Source: Vitrella brassicaformis CCMP3155
Lineage: Eukaryota; Protista; Chromerida
Assembly (NCBI GenBank): GCA_001179505.1
Contig: CDMY01000344.1
Span: forward strand, 47,655 to 111,654
Length of the DNA stretch: 64,000 nt
Reading direction: 5' to 3'
Both the position numbers and the translations under genes were made by a program. Each line of letters starts with the position of its first letter. Positions within the stretch are counted from its first letter, which is position 1. Positions 48,301 to 61,569 of this stretch are shown piece by piece. Under the pieces are notes generated by a model, which was not told the origin of the DNA, did no database searches, and saw only the letters and a program-made list of their open reading frames with translations.

Positions 48301-51300
48301 TCACCGGCTCGCGAGGGGTGCAGCGGGGGGCCGCAAGTGAAGGCATGTTGGCCAGGCACTGGCACGTGCCCGACGGCTACTGCTCGGAGGGGAGGTTCAT
48401 CCCCGACAGCGAGCTGGGCGAGAGCGGTGGGAGCAAGGGCTCCGATACCCTTGGCAAGAGCAGCAAAGCCGTGGCGACGTACGAGGCGTGGTTGCGTGAG
48501 GTGACGACTCAGGCGGGCGACACGGAGATCAATTTGCAGCTGGGGGAGTTTTCGCTCAAGAAGAACCCCATGGAGCTACTGGGCGAGTGGGTCAACGACT
48601 TCGATGACTTCGTGGCCCTCTTTGGGGAGGTCTCCGACACGGTGTCCTTCCAGTCGGCCGTCGTGCAAGTGACGACAAACCGGTAAGCAGCGAGTCTGCG
48701 TCTGGTCAACTGGGATGGAAACACGGCGTTGATTCGTTGCCATGTGTCGTGTGGTGCTGCAGGTATTGGTGTCGCCTGGTCGGTCGCCGGCACGACCTGC
48801 AGCGGTGGGAGCCCGACACCAGGCTGCTCACCTTCAGCTTCAAGCGGCGATACAGCCCCACGGGACTTCGGCCCGACGAGAGCTGGCTGCCGCCACTGCT
48901 GGACCCCTTCCTCGCCTTCTACTTCCCCAACCTGCCCATCTACGTCGCCGACTCGCCCGCGCCAGACTGCATCCGCCTCATGTGTGTGGTGCCCACCGTG
49001 GGCAGCGCGCCGCAGAGCTCTCCCTCGAGCGCCCCGCCACCGCCCGACACGGTCAAGGAGATCATCTGTGTGCGGGAGCCGCCGTCCATCCAGGTCTTCA
49101 ACTTCCGCGAGCACGGCCGACGGATCTATCGCGTGTTGGTCTACACGTCCGACGTGGCGCACTGTCTGCACGACTGTGCCAACAAGTTCCCGGACCCCAG
49201 TGAGGTCGGGAGCAAGGTGGCGCTGGCCAGCGGGGTGCCTGGCTTGGGGGCGGCCGCCATGGGGGCGTCTTTGGTGATATCGAGGAACCTCGCCAAGAGG
49301 GTCGGCGTGCAGACATTCATCCCGCCGGTCTACCTCAAGGTGGGAAACCGCGATGGTCCGTCAACGGTGTGTTGTGCACATACATGTTAATTGTGTGAGT
49401 GTGGTGTCTGTCAGGGTTTGATCCCCACGGCCCTTCTGGAGGAGTATGAGTTCTGGCAGAACGAGGACGACTCATTCACGGGCATTCAGCGCATCGACAA
49501 ACGCGAGAAGACCAAGACGCCGTCCGAGCTCAAGATCACCATCCACGCAAGCGGCGCACCCGAGCCATCCACCAACACCATCGGCCCCTCAGAAGCCACC
49601 GCCACTATCCAGCGATATGCCGTCAAGCTGGGCCCCTCCGGCCCATCGTCCATTGCACACGTCACCCAGATGGGCAGCGCCAGCACTGCCACTTCTGGCT
49701 GGGCCAGGAGTGCATTCGCCAACTCTCGCAGAGGGTCGGGTGACCTCAGCGCGCCTGACGCCGTCATCGGCCAGCGCGACCCGAGCGAGCCGACGTGGAC
49801 ATTGCTGAATCTGCAGTATGTGTCGGGTGACAGCCCGCTGCAGAAGCTGGTGAGCACGCTGAAGCGGCTGGACAACCTCAGCCACACGCTGGTGTGGAGC
49901 ATGAGCAAGGAGGGCGAGATCGACGGGCAGGCCGACGACATCCACACCATCGACCTCATCGAGTTGCCACGTGTCGGGCTCACCTTCCGCCCCCCGCCCT
50001 TAAAGGGCACCGCCGAGAAGGCCAAGCAGCGGCCATTCTACTGCGAGCAGCACACGGGGCTCTACATCAGCGGCCGCAACATACACGGGTCCCCCCTGAC
50101 CGCTAAGCTCCTCAAGGGCCTGCCAAACGCCATTCTGCTCGAGAATGACGACAACGACCTCTTCATTCTCGCGTCTGCGTGCTGCCGGCCGGTCCGGCTC
50201 GGCAGGGCGGCCCAGGGTGGCGGCAATGAGGGCCCTGGGCGGCAGGTGAGGGCGCTGGAGTCAGATTTCCTCATCGACTTCTCTGATCGCACGTGGTCGG
50301 CGAGTCTGGACGATGCGCGGCACTACCTCTACGCCATCCACTCGAGCCGCTCCTTCCTTTTTATCCCGACGGTTGCGTCCGCGCTGCACCTGCTGCTGAT
50401 GCGGTTCCTCGATCGCAACTATGAGGAGGTGGTCAAGCTGGCCGAGTCGGCGTGCTTCACCGACGCCCCGCCCACCAAGGAGGAGAAGCAGCTGTGGCAG
50501 CAGATCAACATGATCGGGCCAGACTCGGACCCACACCCAGACGCACACGCGTGTCGCCTCAAGATCCTGCTCGTGGCCGCTCGGCAGGGAGTGAACGTCA
50601 CCGGAGGTCAGCCTGACCACCAAAAGGCGGACGGCTTCGGTCTCACCTGGTCGCTCGCTCGGGAGCTCAAGGCGTATGTGTCCCGCTACCAATACGTGTC
50701 GGCCGCTTGCCGGCTGGCGGCGGCGGAAGAGCTGGAGCTGCTGCGTCTGTGCCCTCATGGTGACGCCACCGAGCTGACGAATCGCATTGCCCTGCTCAAG
50801 GCGGTCACGACGACCGGCGGCCGTGGGGACAACAACTCTATCGCACTGGTGGCGCCGACGCACCCCAGATATGACGACTATGACATGGTCGATGATCGCA
50901 CTTGCATGGAGAGGGAGGCCGGGGGCGTGGCGGGCAGCCTGTGGGAGTCCTTCAGCAACCTCGTGGGCACCTTGCAGTACAAGCGGCCGACCGACGAGGA
51001 GCTCTCGGGCGCGGCGGCTGTGGCCTTTGTGGAGAGGTGGCTGGAGCGTGGGGTGAGGATGGGCGACTGGCTGTACCTCTATGAGCTGCTGTGCGGGGTG
51101 CTGCCGCTCAAGCTGGTGCCGGGAGAGGAGACCTGGCCGTGGGGGGCCATACTCATTCGGATGCTCCCGCCGGGGACCTTCAAGACGCGCAGCAGACTCA
51201 TGTCCATTCTCAGGATGCTGGCCATCAATCCGAGTGTCGGACCACAGCTGCCGAGGTTCGAAGACGACCGCAAAAGTGAGCATGGCACAGCTCAGCACAG

Positions 51301-54300
51301 CGCATCACAGCACACGTCGATCTCTGTGTGTCGTTCGTGTGGTGCTATTGCAGGCAAGCTCCCTCTGGGGATCATGTTCAAGGGGTCCGAGCCCTTCCAG
51401 CGTCTGATGAAGCAGCTGCAGGCGTCCCTCAACGACATCGCCCGCTCCGACGCCATCGACTGGCCCCACCCCCCCACCACGGCCATCCCCTTTGTGCTCA
51501 ACTTCAGGATGACCGTGCCCCCGCTCGACCACCCCCACAGCCGCTGCTGGCTCAGCCCACGAGTCGACGACTACCGCTGTGGCGCCAGGACGCTCATGCC
51601 CGTTAGCGGGCCCGTCACTGCCACCCAGCAGCAGCAACAGCAGCAGCAGGGGACCAACCGGCCGCCAGACCACCCGATTCAGCTGAGCTCGGCCGACGTG
51701 TGGGCCTTCGGCAACATCCCCCTGGAGCCCATCGGGCTGAACACCTTCATCACGTCGACGAGCCGCCTGACCAGGGGCCTCCCGAGTGTGTCGAGTGAGG
51801 TGCCTTTGCGGGTGTCGCAGCACCCCTCGGCCAAGAGTGTCATGGGCGAGGCCACACTCAGGAGACTTCAGCACGAGACGCGGGCGTATGCGGAGCAGAT
51901 GAACAACGCCGCCAAGCCGGAGCTGTTGGGCTTCGCCGACAGCGACCTCACCACCGCCACACGAGACGTCGCCCACGCCCGCTCCCTTGCGCAGAAAGTG
52001 GCCACTCTGCGCGAGAACCTGCACAAGATCTTTGCGCGAGACGGGCGGTTCATCGAGGGCGGCATTCGGCTGGCACTCAACCTGGCCAACTCCACCGACC
52101 TGCCAGCCCAGGCGCCGGCCAGTGTGTCGAATCCCTTTGCCCCCCCACCGCCGCCACCACCGCCACCCACGTGAGCACCGGAACACCATCCAGACATCCC
52201 TTCTCGTGTGCATGGCGCTTGCTGTGGTGCTTGCTGTGTGTGTGTGTGTGTGTGTGTGTTGGTATAGTGAGCAGATGAAGCAGCGGCAGTGGGCGTACGA
52301 CCTGGGCAAGCTGTGTGAGCGCGAGCCGGTGCTGTCATTTGATTTCCTGGTGACCCTCCTCATGTCCAGCACCGCCGCCGCCGACCTGCAGCGACTCAAC
52401 CCCTTCCTCAGGGACCACTCCATCCAGGACCTCTTCTCGCTCGTCGCCGGCGTCATGCTCGCCGTCAACAGAAGGGCACAGGTCTCCCGGTGCCTCACTG
52501 ACGCCAAGGACCTTATCCATCTGCTCGTCGACCAACGGCCAGGAGCTCGCACAACCGGGTCGTCCGAGGCGCTCGGCAGCCAGCAATCGGCTGAGAAGCC
52601 GGTGTCCTCTGCGCGTGTGCACGCGCTCAAGATGAAGGCGGCGAGCCTTGCTGAGAATCTGGGGTCGAAGCGGCACTACACCAAGCAGGGCGAGGGGGGT
52701 GTGGTGTACGATCCCCGATTTCTGGTGTTCGAGTTCGCCTACAACATCCTGCTGCGGGAGAGCCAGGTGGTGCTTATCCAGAAGTTCATGACGGCCGTCA
52801 AGGAGGGCCGCAGTCTCTGCCACCAAATGATCATGGGCGCCGGCAAGACAACCGTCGTCGCGCCGCTGCTCGCCCTCCTCCTGGGCGATGGACAGACGTT
52901 CGTCGGGCAGGTGGTGCCGCAGGAGCTGCTCGAGTTCACGAGGGCGGTGCTGCGCGAGCGGTTCTCTGCCGTGATTCGGAAGAGCGTCTACACGTTCCGG
53001 TTCACGCGCTACATGGAGGCGACGCCGGATCTCTACCTGAAGCTGCTGCAGGCCAAGGAGACCAGGTCGGTGGTGCTGGCCAGCCCTACGTCCATCAAGT
53101 CGCTCCTGCTCAAATTTGTCGGTATGTGCACTCTACGGACCAACACAAGATGGCAGAGCAAAAGGCCGTTTGTGTGCATTGCTTATCTCGTGGTTGGTGT
53201 GTTGTGTTGTGGGGTGTGTGTGCAGAGCTGCTGCACATGCTGGACAAGGGGACGAGCCGCGCGAGGTCGCGATGGATCGCTCATGCGGCCCTGGCGGCTG
53301 CGGCGGGGCGCAAGCGAGTCAGCAGGGCGCTCAAAAGGTTGTTCGGACGCAAATCAGGTCAGCCTCTATCAGATCAGCGGCAAGTTGAACCACGAGCTGT
53401 ATGTGTGTGCAGGTCTACAGGTGGCCGAGGAGGCCCTGCAGGGCGGGGCGACAGTGGTGCCCCTCGACGACGTCGGGCAGCTGACCGTCCGGAAGGAGAT
53501 GGACCTCTGCCTGCGGATCCTCCAGCTCTTCCAGAGCGGCGTGCTGCTCATCGACGAGGTCGACCTCATCCTACACCCACTCAGGAGCGAGCTGCACTGG
53601 CCCGTCGGTGCCAAGCAGCCCCTGGATTTCACCCGACCCATAGCGACTGAGAAGGGCAAAGACCCAGGGGGCGGTGGTAGTGCTGGTGGGCCTGAGACAG
53701 AGGAGGGTCTGAGGTGGCAGCTGCCGTGGCACCTGCTGGACGCTGTATTCTACTACCAGACGGGCAGCATGAGCGTGCCATTCACCGACTCGCGAGAGGC
53801 CAAGACCATCCTCGACAAGATCAGGGAGGTGCTGAGGGAAGGGGTCAGGACCAACGCCTTCCAGTCCACCCCGCACCTGGTGCTGCTCAATCTCGCCTTC
53901 TACCATGCCAACCTGAAGCCGCTGCTCGCCCGGTGGGTTTTCCTTTTCCTGCGTGCGCGTCGCTTCCACGGGATGAGCGACGACAAGGCCCTCACATACA
54001 TCACTTTGCCGAGCGATGTGGGGCCGGTGACGGTGGGCGGCGGGAATGCTGGCGGGGGCGGGGTCGGGGGCAACATGCTCTACAACGAGATCTTTGACGG
54101 GGTGGACCGGCTCACCGACGTCAACATCAAGATGCTCAACCTGGCCAGGGAGTGGCTCAACGCCTTCGCACCACACGTCATGCAGAAGGTCAATCGTGTC
54201 AGGTGAGCCATCCACCGAGTGAGTCGGTCAGCCAGCCAGGACTCTCCCTTGTGGGCTGGGCGTGGCGTGCATTCATGCATGCAGCTTCGGTGTGATGACC

Positions 54301-57300
54301 CCAGAGGAGCTGGCCAAGCAGATGCGGCTCAACCCCGTGATGCCCCGAACGCGGCACCTGCTGGCCGTGCCCTTCGTCGGCAAGGACGCCCCCTCGCTGG
54401 CGAGTGAGTTCTCACACCCAGACGTGGTCATCGGGCTCACCATCCTGGCATACCGATACCAGGGCATGCGCGTTGCCGACTTCAAACAGGTGGGTAGGTG
54501 GGTACACCACACACAGACGGACGGACAGGCAAACCGCCCTGGGAAATCCATCTGCGCGTCTGAGTGTGTGTCGTTCAGGTGATGATGGAGCAGATGGACC
54601 GCATGGACGCCGAGTACGGCCCATTCGCGCAGCGGTCTGCGTGTCAGGAGTTCGTCACATGGGTGGAGGCCTCGGGCGGCAGGGTGCGTGGCGTGAAGCG
54701 GCGGCGGATTCACCGTGACTACTGGGGCGACTGGGAGCGCACCAAGGGCTCCCAGATGTCGCTAGTCGAGGAGATCCGATCGCCCTCTCCCCTTCCTGCC
54801 GTCATGGGGACGGCTGGGGGTGTGGGAGTGGGTGGTTCTGCCGACGTTAACACCATGGACGAAGAGGAGGAGGAAGACGCCTACCTCTTTCTGAGGATAT
54901 GGCCACTGGAGCTGGTGGACCTGTACGACCACGACCAGGAGAGGGTGCTCTTCAAGCTGCTGTGGCGGCAGCCATTAGTCATTCAGGTGCACCTCTTTCG
55001 GTGGGTCTTCCCCATCACACTCGAGCACACGGCCGTCCAGCTGTCCGCGTCAGGGCAGGAGCTCGGCGGCCAGCTGCTCTTCCCCATTCGGCTGGGCTTC
55101 AGTGGCACACCGTCGGAGCTGCTGCCTCTGGAGCTGGGCCAGTGCCACTACGAGGCCGGCACCGACGGCAAGATGCTCTACTTCCTCACATCCATGGAGG
55201 TCATGTCCATGGAGCTGCTCGACCAGGGGTGGACAGTCACCTCAATCCTCGACCGCATCGCCCTCGCTGACCCGCCCTTCCACGCCCTCATCGACACGGG
55301 GGCCCACATCACGGGGCTGACCAATCTCGAGGTGGCGCATTACTTGCTGGACAAGGGGCTGCGGGGGTTTGAGGGGGTGGTCTTCTTGGACCGGGAGGAT
55401 CGACAGATGGTGCTCGTGCGGGAGGGGTGGCGCGTCATGCGCCTGGCGCAGTGCGGCATCAGCGCAGCCAGGAGATTCACCTTCTACGACCAAGTGTAAG
55501 CACACCTGCACAGCACACACTCAGTCAGAGACAAGACTCCTTTTGAGTGTATGTGATGTGGCGGCCTCGCCTGTTGTCAGTCACACGACAGGGCAGGACA
55601 TCAAGCAGGCCATCTCTGCCTGTGCGGTGCTCACCGTCGGTAAAGACATGGTCTTCCGCGACTACGCCCAGGGCGCCTTCCGAATGCGCGGCATCGGCAA
55701 CGGGCAAACCATCCGCCTTTTCATCCCGCCAGAGGTGGCCGACCTCATCCGATACACAACCAAGAAGGCCGGCGCCCCCTCCTCCGTCTTCGAGCGGCTC
55801 CTCAGCCGTGCGGACGCCTCTGCAGCACCACCAGCCACAGCCATGCCCTCGCTCCTGTCCTCCGACACACTCGGGGGCAGCGGCGAGCTGGGCACCGCCT
55901 TGCGAGAGGTGTGTGGCTGGCTGGTGGTGCGGGGCATCGAGTCCGAGCAGCTGCAGTATCGGCTGCTGAGCGCACAGAACCTCTCCAACGTCTGGAGGAA
56001 GCGCGCCTTCAGCCACCTGATCTACGCGCACTCGCAGGTCGGCTCCAACGAGTGCCCGCCCATCGTGCGGCAGTCGGTGGAGCTCTGGCGTGACCAGCTC
56101 CACTACGCCGTGCCCAACATGGTCCCCGTCATCCAGACGCAGTCGCAGAAGCTTCGCGAGAGCGCCAACGAGCACCAGGCCCTCTTGTCAGAGCAGAAGG
56201 ACCAGGAGCTGGTGCATCGGATTCTGCAGAGTGCGGCTGACCGTGAGGCGCGGGAGCGGCAGGCTGTCAAGGGCGGGGCGGGGGCGGGTGGTGGGGGGCT
56301 GATTGGTCTGACTGGCAGTGAGGAGCGGGAGTTCCTGGAGGCGGAGATTGAGCAGGAGCAGGAGCAAGAACAGGAGGAGGAGCAGGTCAGTCAAGTCAGG
56401 ATGACATAAGCCGTCTATTCTTGGCTGGCTTGTGTTGGTGTCTTAATTGTGTCAACTCTTTCTCTGTCTGGTGCATGTCTGTGTCTGTCTTTGTGTGGTG
56501 TGGCGTTCAGGAGATGGAGCAAGACCAGGAGCGTGAGCAGGTGGGTAAGACATGATGGATGGATCAGTCACATCACCTACACATCACCCTACCCCGTGTG
56601 ATGTGACCAGTCTGTATCGCTGTCTCCGTGCTGTCTGTGTGCCTGGTTCGATTCAGGAGCAGGAGAAGGAAGAGGAGAAGATGCCCGAGCCAGAAGAGGC
56701 AGCCAAACTCAAATACTCCAGACAGGTCAGCTAGACAGACCGTTACACACATACGCCACGCAGCCACACCTCTGTGTGTGATGTGATGTTGTCTTCTCCC
56801 TTCACACACCACACCACACATACAGGACGAGGCGCCTTTGCCGTGGCCGATTGAGTCCCTCAAGGACGCACCATCCAAGCAGCAGCAGGCATTCTACCCT
56901 CTCTCTGAATTCGCCGTGCTCAAGGTCACAACACACCGCCACATCGCACCACAATCCCTCACTCACGCTCACACACTTTCCCTCCCTCCCTCCTTGCTGT
57001 GGTGTGCTGCGCATGATTGCAGAAGATGATAGCGCGTCCGCGGCCGATAGCCTTCCCCGAGTACCTGTACCTGAGCAACAACCACTACAAGGCGGGCTGG
57101 TCATGGAACACCTTCAGGCGCCTCAAGAACGTCATTGTCGTCATGGAGTGGATACCCGACTGGTCAGACCTCAACCTACGCGGAAAGGCCAAAAACACTG
57201 TAAGTGAGTCGGCAGCACACCACACCACACCACAGCACAGCACAGCACACCCAACAACCATACACATGGATGGATGGAAGGTCTGTCACATGATCACATG

Positions 57301-60300
57301 ATGGATGGTGTCGCCTCGTGATGGCATGGCAGAGCGCCCCCCCTCCCGGCCTGTCGCCCGAGCAGACGCAGCGTCTCAAGAAGGCGTTCGACCTTTTCGA
57401 CACCAACAAGCGGGGCACCATCTCCCTCGCAGCCTTCCGCGAGCTGCTCCGCGCCATTGACGCCGACGCGACCGACACGGACGACCCCACCGCCACCCAC
57501 ATGCTGCACAAACTGGTGGAGAGGCACAAGGGGCCGCGGCCGCCGGGCCCATCCAGTGGTGCGATGAAGCTCAAGGGCATCCTCAACCCCGCCCCAGCAG
57601 TGCCGTCACCGCGGCTGATCGGATCACCGCAGCCAGGCCAGGGTCTCCCCACCACCACCCCCGCACATGACCCCATGGACCTGCTGGGCGGCTTCACGGC
57701 ACCCCCACCCGTATCTGCACTCCCACCTACGGCAGCCATGGCGACGTCGCCACCTCCTGCTGCTGGTGGGGGTGGTGAGAATCGGCCGGTGTCGCGGTCG
57801 CCCTCCCCGCCTGGCGATGGGTGGGGGCTGGATGCACTGGATGACCTCCTGGGCGGGCCCAGCCCCACGACCAACGGGCCGATGGCGCCATCCCCCACCT
57901 CCCCTCCCCCTCTGGTGTCATCACCGCCATCCGCCGCCCCTGTCCCCGCCCCCACTCCCGCCCCCCTGACCAACGGCCCGGCCATGGCGTCCCGCTTTGA
58001 TGCTCTCAGCAACCTGGGGGCAGTGGACGTCGGCCACTCGGCCAAGGACAAAGACAAAGACAGGGATTCTCGGGAGAGGGAGAGGGAGAGGGAGAGGGAG
58101 GGCGTTTTGACCGAGGCTGACCTGCGGATCGAGCTGTCGTTTGAGGAGGTGCGGGAGGCGCTGGGCGAGGAGTCGCTGTACGCCATCCAGAGGGGCAGGT
58201 TCTTCGTCGTCCTCGCACTCGACGAGGCCGAGACCGTCAGGGCCGCCATGCACGTCAGACAGGTGGGTGACACGACACTCAGAAAGAACGGTGGGATCAA
58301 GGGCATGTCTCCCTCCGCCCTGTTGTGTCAGGCTCAGCGCGGCCCGTCGGTTGTTCCCGGTGCCCACTCAGCGATTGCTCTCCGCAACCTGTCCTCCCGC
58401 TTCGCTCCCCTCGACGCCTCACCACCCTTCTTCGACACTGCCGATGGCAACGGAGCCCTCGGGGCGCCATCGCTGTCCAGGGGGCTGAGGGCGGCATCCT
58501 ACCAGCAGGAGAGCGCCCACAGCTGCTGTCGCTTCCTCAACAGCGAGCTGCACTACTCTGACCGGCAGGTGGCGCTGTTAGTGCGGGCCCTGCAGCCCAA
58601 TTCGTGTGACGAGAGACAGGTCGGTCCGTGGGATCGGTGGGCGTTGGTTCGCTCGTGTGTCATCTATGTGTCTATGCCGTGCGTCTTTTCCTTACACAGG
58701 AGTATTTCTTTGACGTGCGAAAGTGCCGTCGACGACGTCAGATACCCTGGCAGGGCACCCCTATAGCGAGGCTCTTCACCACGCCCGACGACTACGCCCT
58801 CCTGCAGTTCAGGGCAGTCGCCACCAAAGTGCGATCGGCATGCGTCAAACGGTCAGTCAGTCGTCACAATACACACAACACAACACAACACACCAGGTGA
58901 GGTGCATGGACATTGATTCATTCGGTCTGTGTGTTGTGATGTGATCGGTCGCCTCCACTGCAGTGGGTTGTCGCTGGTAGATGCCTTCCGTGCATTCGAC
59001 CGGGACCGTGACGGCATCCTCAAGCCGGCAGAGGTCTACGCCGGCCTTAAGTGGCTCGGTGTGGACATCGCACCTAACGAAATGCAGGTAGGTCTGTCCC
59101 TTCAGCTGCCTCTCCCTCCCTCCCTCCCTCCTTGACCCACACACACCATGACCATCTATCCCCTCTCCCTGGCGTGTCTGTCTCGGTGTCAGGACATCCT
59201 CCGTCACATCGACATGGACGGCAACGGCATCGTGACGGAGCACGACTTCACGGTAGCCCTCGCAGACCCATTCAAGCAGACCCAGCAGGGCGCCGCTGGC
59301 CGTGCCGCGGCCGTCAGCGGGCGGGACAAGCTGTCGGGTGCCGAGGACAGTGACGAGGACGAAGGGTTTGGCGCATTCCCCACAGAGGGGCTGCCCTCCA
59401 TACCATCAGGTCAACCACACACAAGCACCATCACAGACGGACCACCCATCATTACCATCCTTGTCTGTCTGTTCGCCTGGTGTGCAGAGAGTGACCTGAG
59501 CCGCTACACGTCCGAGTGGAACCGTGCTGGCGGGTCGGGGCCCAACCTGATGGCGCCCGCCCTCCTCCGCCGCCTCAAGGTCAAGCTGCAGCCCCACACG
59601 CAGTTCCAACTGATCTGGGCGACGGAGCCATCCCAGGCCGTCCACCAGATGCCGGTGTCCATCTGGGCGCCCGACGGGCTGGAGGGGAAGCGGTCTACGC
59701 TGCGGAGGAACAGGGTGCGGATCTGTTTGGGGCACTATGTCATCGAGGGGTATGACATGCAGACCGTCGCCAATGCGGCTGCAGGGGCTGGGAGCCAAGG
59801 AGTGGCGCGGGTGAGGGAGGGAGGGAGAGAGGGAGGGAGAGAGGCGGATACAGATGGATGGCTGACACTCCTCTCGTGTGTGATTGTTTGTGTATATGTC
59901 TGTATAATTGTGTGTGTGTATGTGTGTGTGTGTGTGTGTGTGTTTGTTGTCCACCCACTCCCCAGGATCCTGTGGGTCCGATGGTGTTTGAGTTCACGGA
60001 CACGGGTGTGTCTGGGCTGGCCGAGAGCCCCATCCTCAAGCCACTAGTCGACACACTCCTGCCCCTGCCCGTCAGGTTCAGACAGGTATGTCGGTATCCA
60101 TCCTCACACACATGCTGCGCTGCAGGGCAGGGCAGGGCAGGGCCACCACACCAATCCTGTCAAGCAATGCAATCATGCCATGCCCTCCTCTGCCTCTCCT
60201 GCCTGCCTTGTGTCCATCAATGTCTGTCAGGTTGGCACGGATGCGTCTGGGCGCGCCCCCCTGCACCTGTGGTCGCCCGTGCCGCCCACCAATGACTACG

Positions 60301-60737
60301 TCGCCCTCGGCCTCATCGCCACCACGGGCGACTCCACCCCTCCCCCCCTCACCGCCATCCGCTGCATCCCACGCAAGTGGACCGCACCCTCGCCCGTGCC
60401 GCCCAGGAAACTCGCAGACCTCCACACATCAGGCGGCGGCAAGGTCACGTCGACGGCCAAGGGCGCCCTCTCCATCTGGGCCGTCACCTCCATGCAGCTG
60501 CTCGCGGCGGTGCCTGGCGGCTCGCTGCCACGGGAGAGGGGCGGGGAGGCCTTCGTGGAGCTCAAGTACAATAAGTTCGGCATCGAGCCGGACCGGCTGG
60601 GCTTCCGGGTATCGGGGGACTTGTTGTCTGGGGGCGATGAGCAGCGGGGCGACGGCGACAAGGAGATCCCCAGGATAATGAAGAGGGGCGCGAGCAAGGC
60701 CGGTTCCACTATGTCGGGCATACTGGGGCTCAAGTGA
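43646..60737 (+). CDS. Giant (~4,500 aa, ~30 exons) DUF3638/DUF3645 SF2-like P-loop NTPase with EF-hands and C-terminal Vps62/DUF946-like repeats
   Basis: Continuous spliceable exons from ATG 43646 (MATSIWRTPEF) to TGA 60737. QMIMGAGKTTV (52824-52856), LLIDEVDLILHPLRSEL (~53553), LAVPFVGKDAPSLASEFSHPDV (DUF3645, ~54358), LGFSGTPS (~55095), ALIDTGAHITG, FYDQ|..HTTGQDIKQ, EQEQEQEQEEE, EF pair DRDRDGILKPAE/DMDGNGIVTEHD (~58998-59250), LWSPVPPTNDYVALGLIA..AIRCIP (~60270-60370). Confidence 0.88.
46124..46423. other. Assembly gap (300 N) inside an intron of the giant gene
   Basis: Run of n flanked by GT-rich sequence and poly-G. Confidence 0.99.
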
Positions 60738-60975
60738 TGGATCGATGGATGGATGGACGGCACTAGCTGCGGGGTGCCCTGTAGAGTCTATCTGAGCCGC
60801 GTGTGTCTGTGTGTGTCTTTTGTGTGAAGGCGATGGGACCGATGTGTGTGTGTGTGTGTGTGTAAAGCTATCGTCTATATAATACCATTAATACCATTAA
60901 TACCAGTCGTATGTCTGTCTGTATGTGTAGTACGCGTAGTATATGCCCACCTGCATGCCTCAAAATGTGTGTGTG

Positions 60976-61512
60976 CATGGCCTCCAAATTTGGGAGGTGC
61001 ATTGCATTTCATGCCAGCACAGTCCAGGAGCAATTCATGCGTGTGCAATGCCATGCCTGCACATGTGTGCCGTTTTGTCCGACTCACTCACTCGTGTAAG
61101 TACGTCTGGGTGTCTGCCTCAACATATGAATATCGCAGGAGGTCGATCCTCGCCGGCCTGCCCAGGATGTCGGCCGCTAACGGCGTTGCGTCCGGCCAAG
61201 TTGCGGAGGAGGAAAGGAGGGCAGATCCGACAATCAGCCTCGCGCTTGCCTACATGTACACAATGTGCGTGCGTGCATCATGATGGCCTCCAAATTTGGG
61301 AGGTGCATTGCAATGCAGCACAGTCCAGGAGCAATTCATGCGTGTGCAATGGCATGCCTGCACATGTGTGCCGTTTTGTCCGACTCACTCGTGTACATGG
61401 GTGTCCCTGCTCAACATGACTAATATCGCAGCTGCGCGCGGGGTCGATCCTCGCCGGCCTGCCCAGGATGTCGCGGCCGCTAACGGCATTGCGTACGGCC
61501 AAGTTGTTGGGG
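60976..61512. repeat. Tandem duplication, 306-bp period, each unit starting with a near-palindrome
   Basis: ATGGCCTCCAAATTTGGGAGGTGCATTGCA...cacagtccaggagcaattcatgcgtgtgcaatg...gtcgatcctcgccggcctgcccaggatgtc at 60977 and 61283. Confidence 0.85.
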
Positions 61513-61569
61513 AGCAAACAAGGGCAGATCAAGCAAATAAGGGCAAATCAGATCCGTCAGAGACGAACG

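Noticed and set aside
44262-60763. Long overlapping or antisense ORFs within the giant gene (e.g. 47246-48340 +, 47442-48365 -, 50261-51298 -, 57176-58306 -)
   Set aside because: These are shadow ORFs expected from GC-rich coding DNA with strong third-position bias; none has recognisable motifs.
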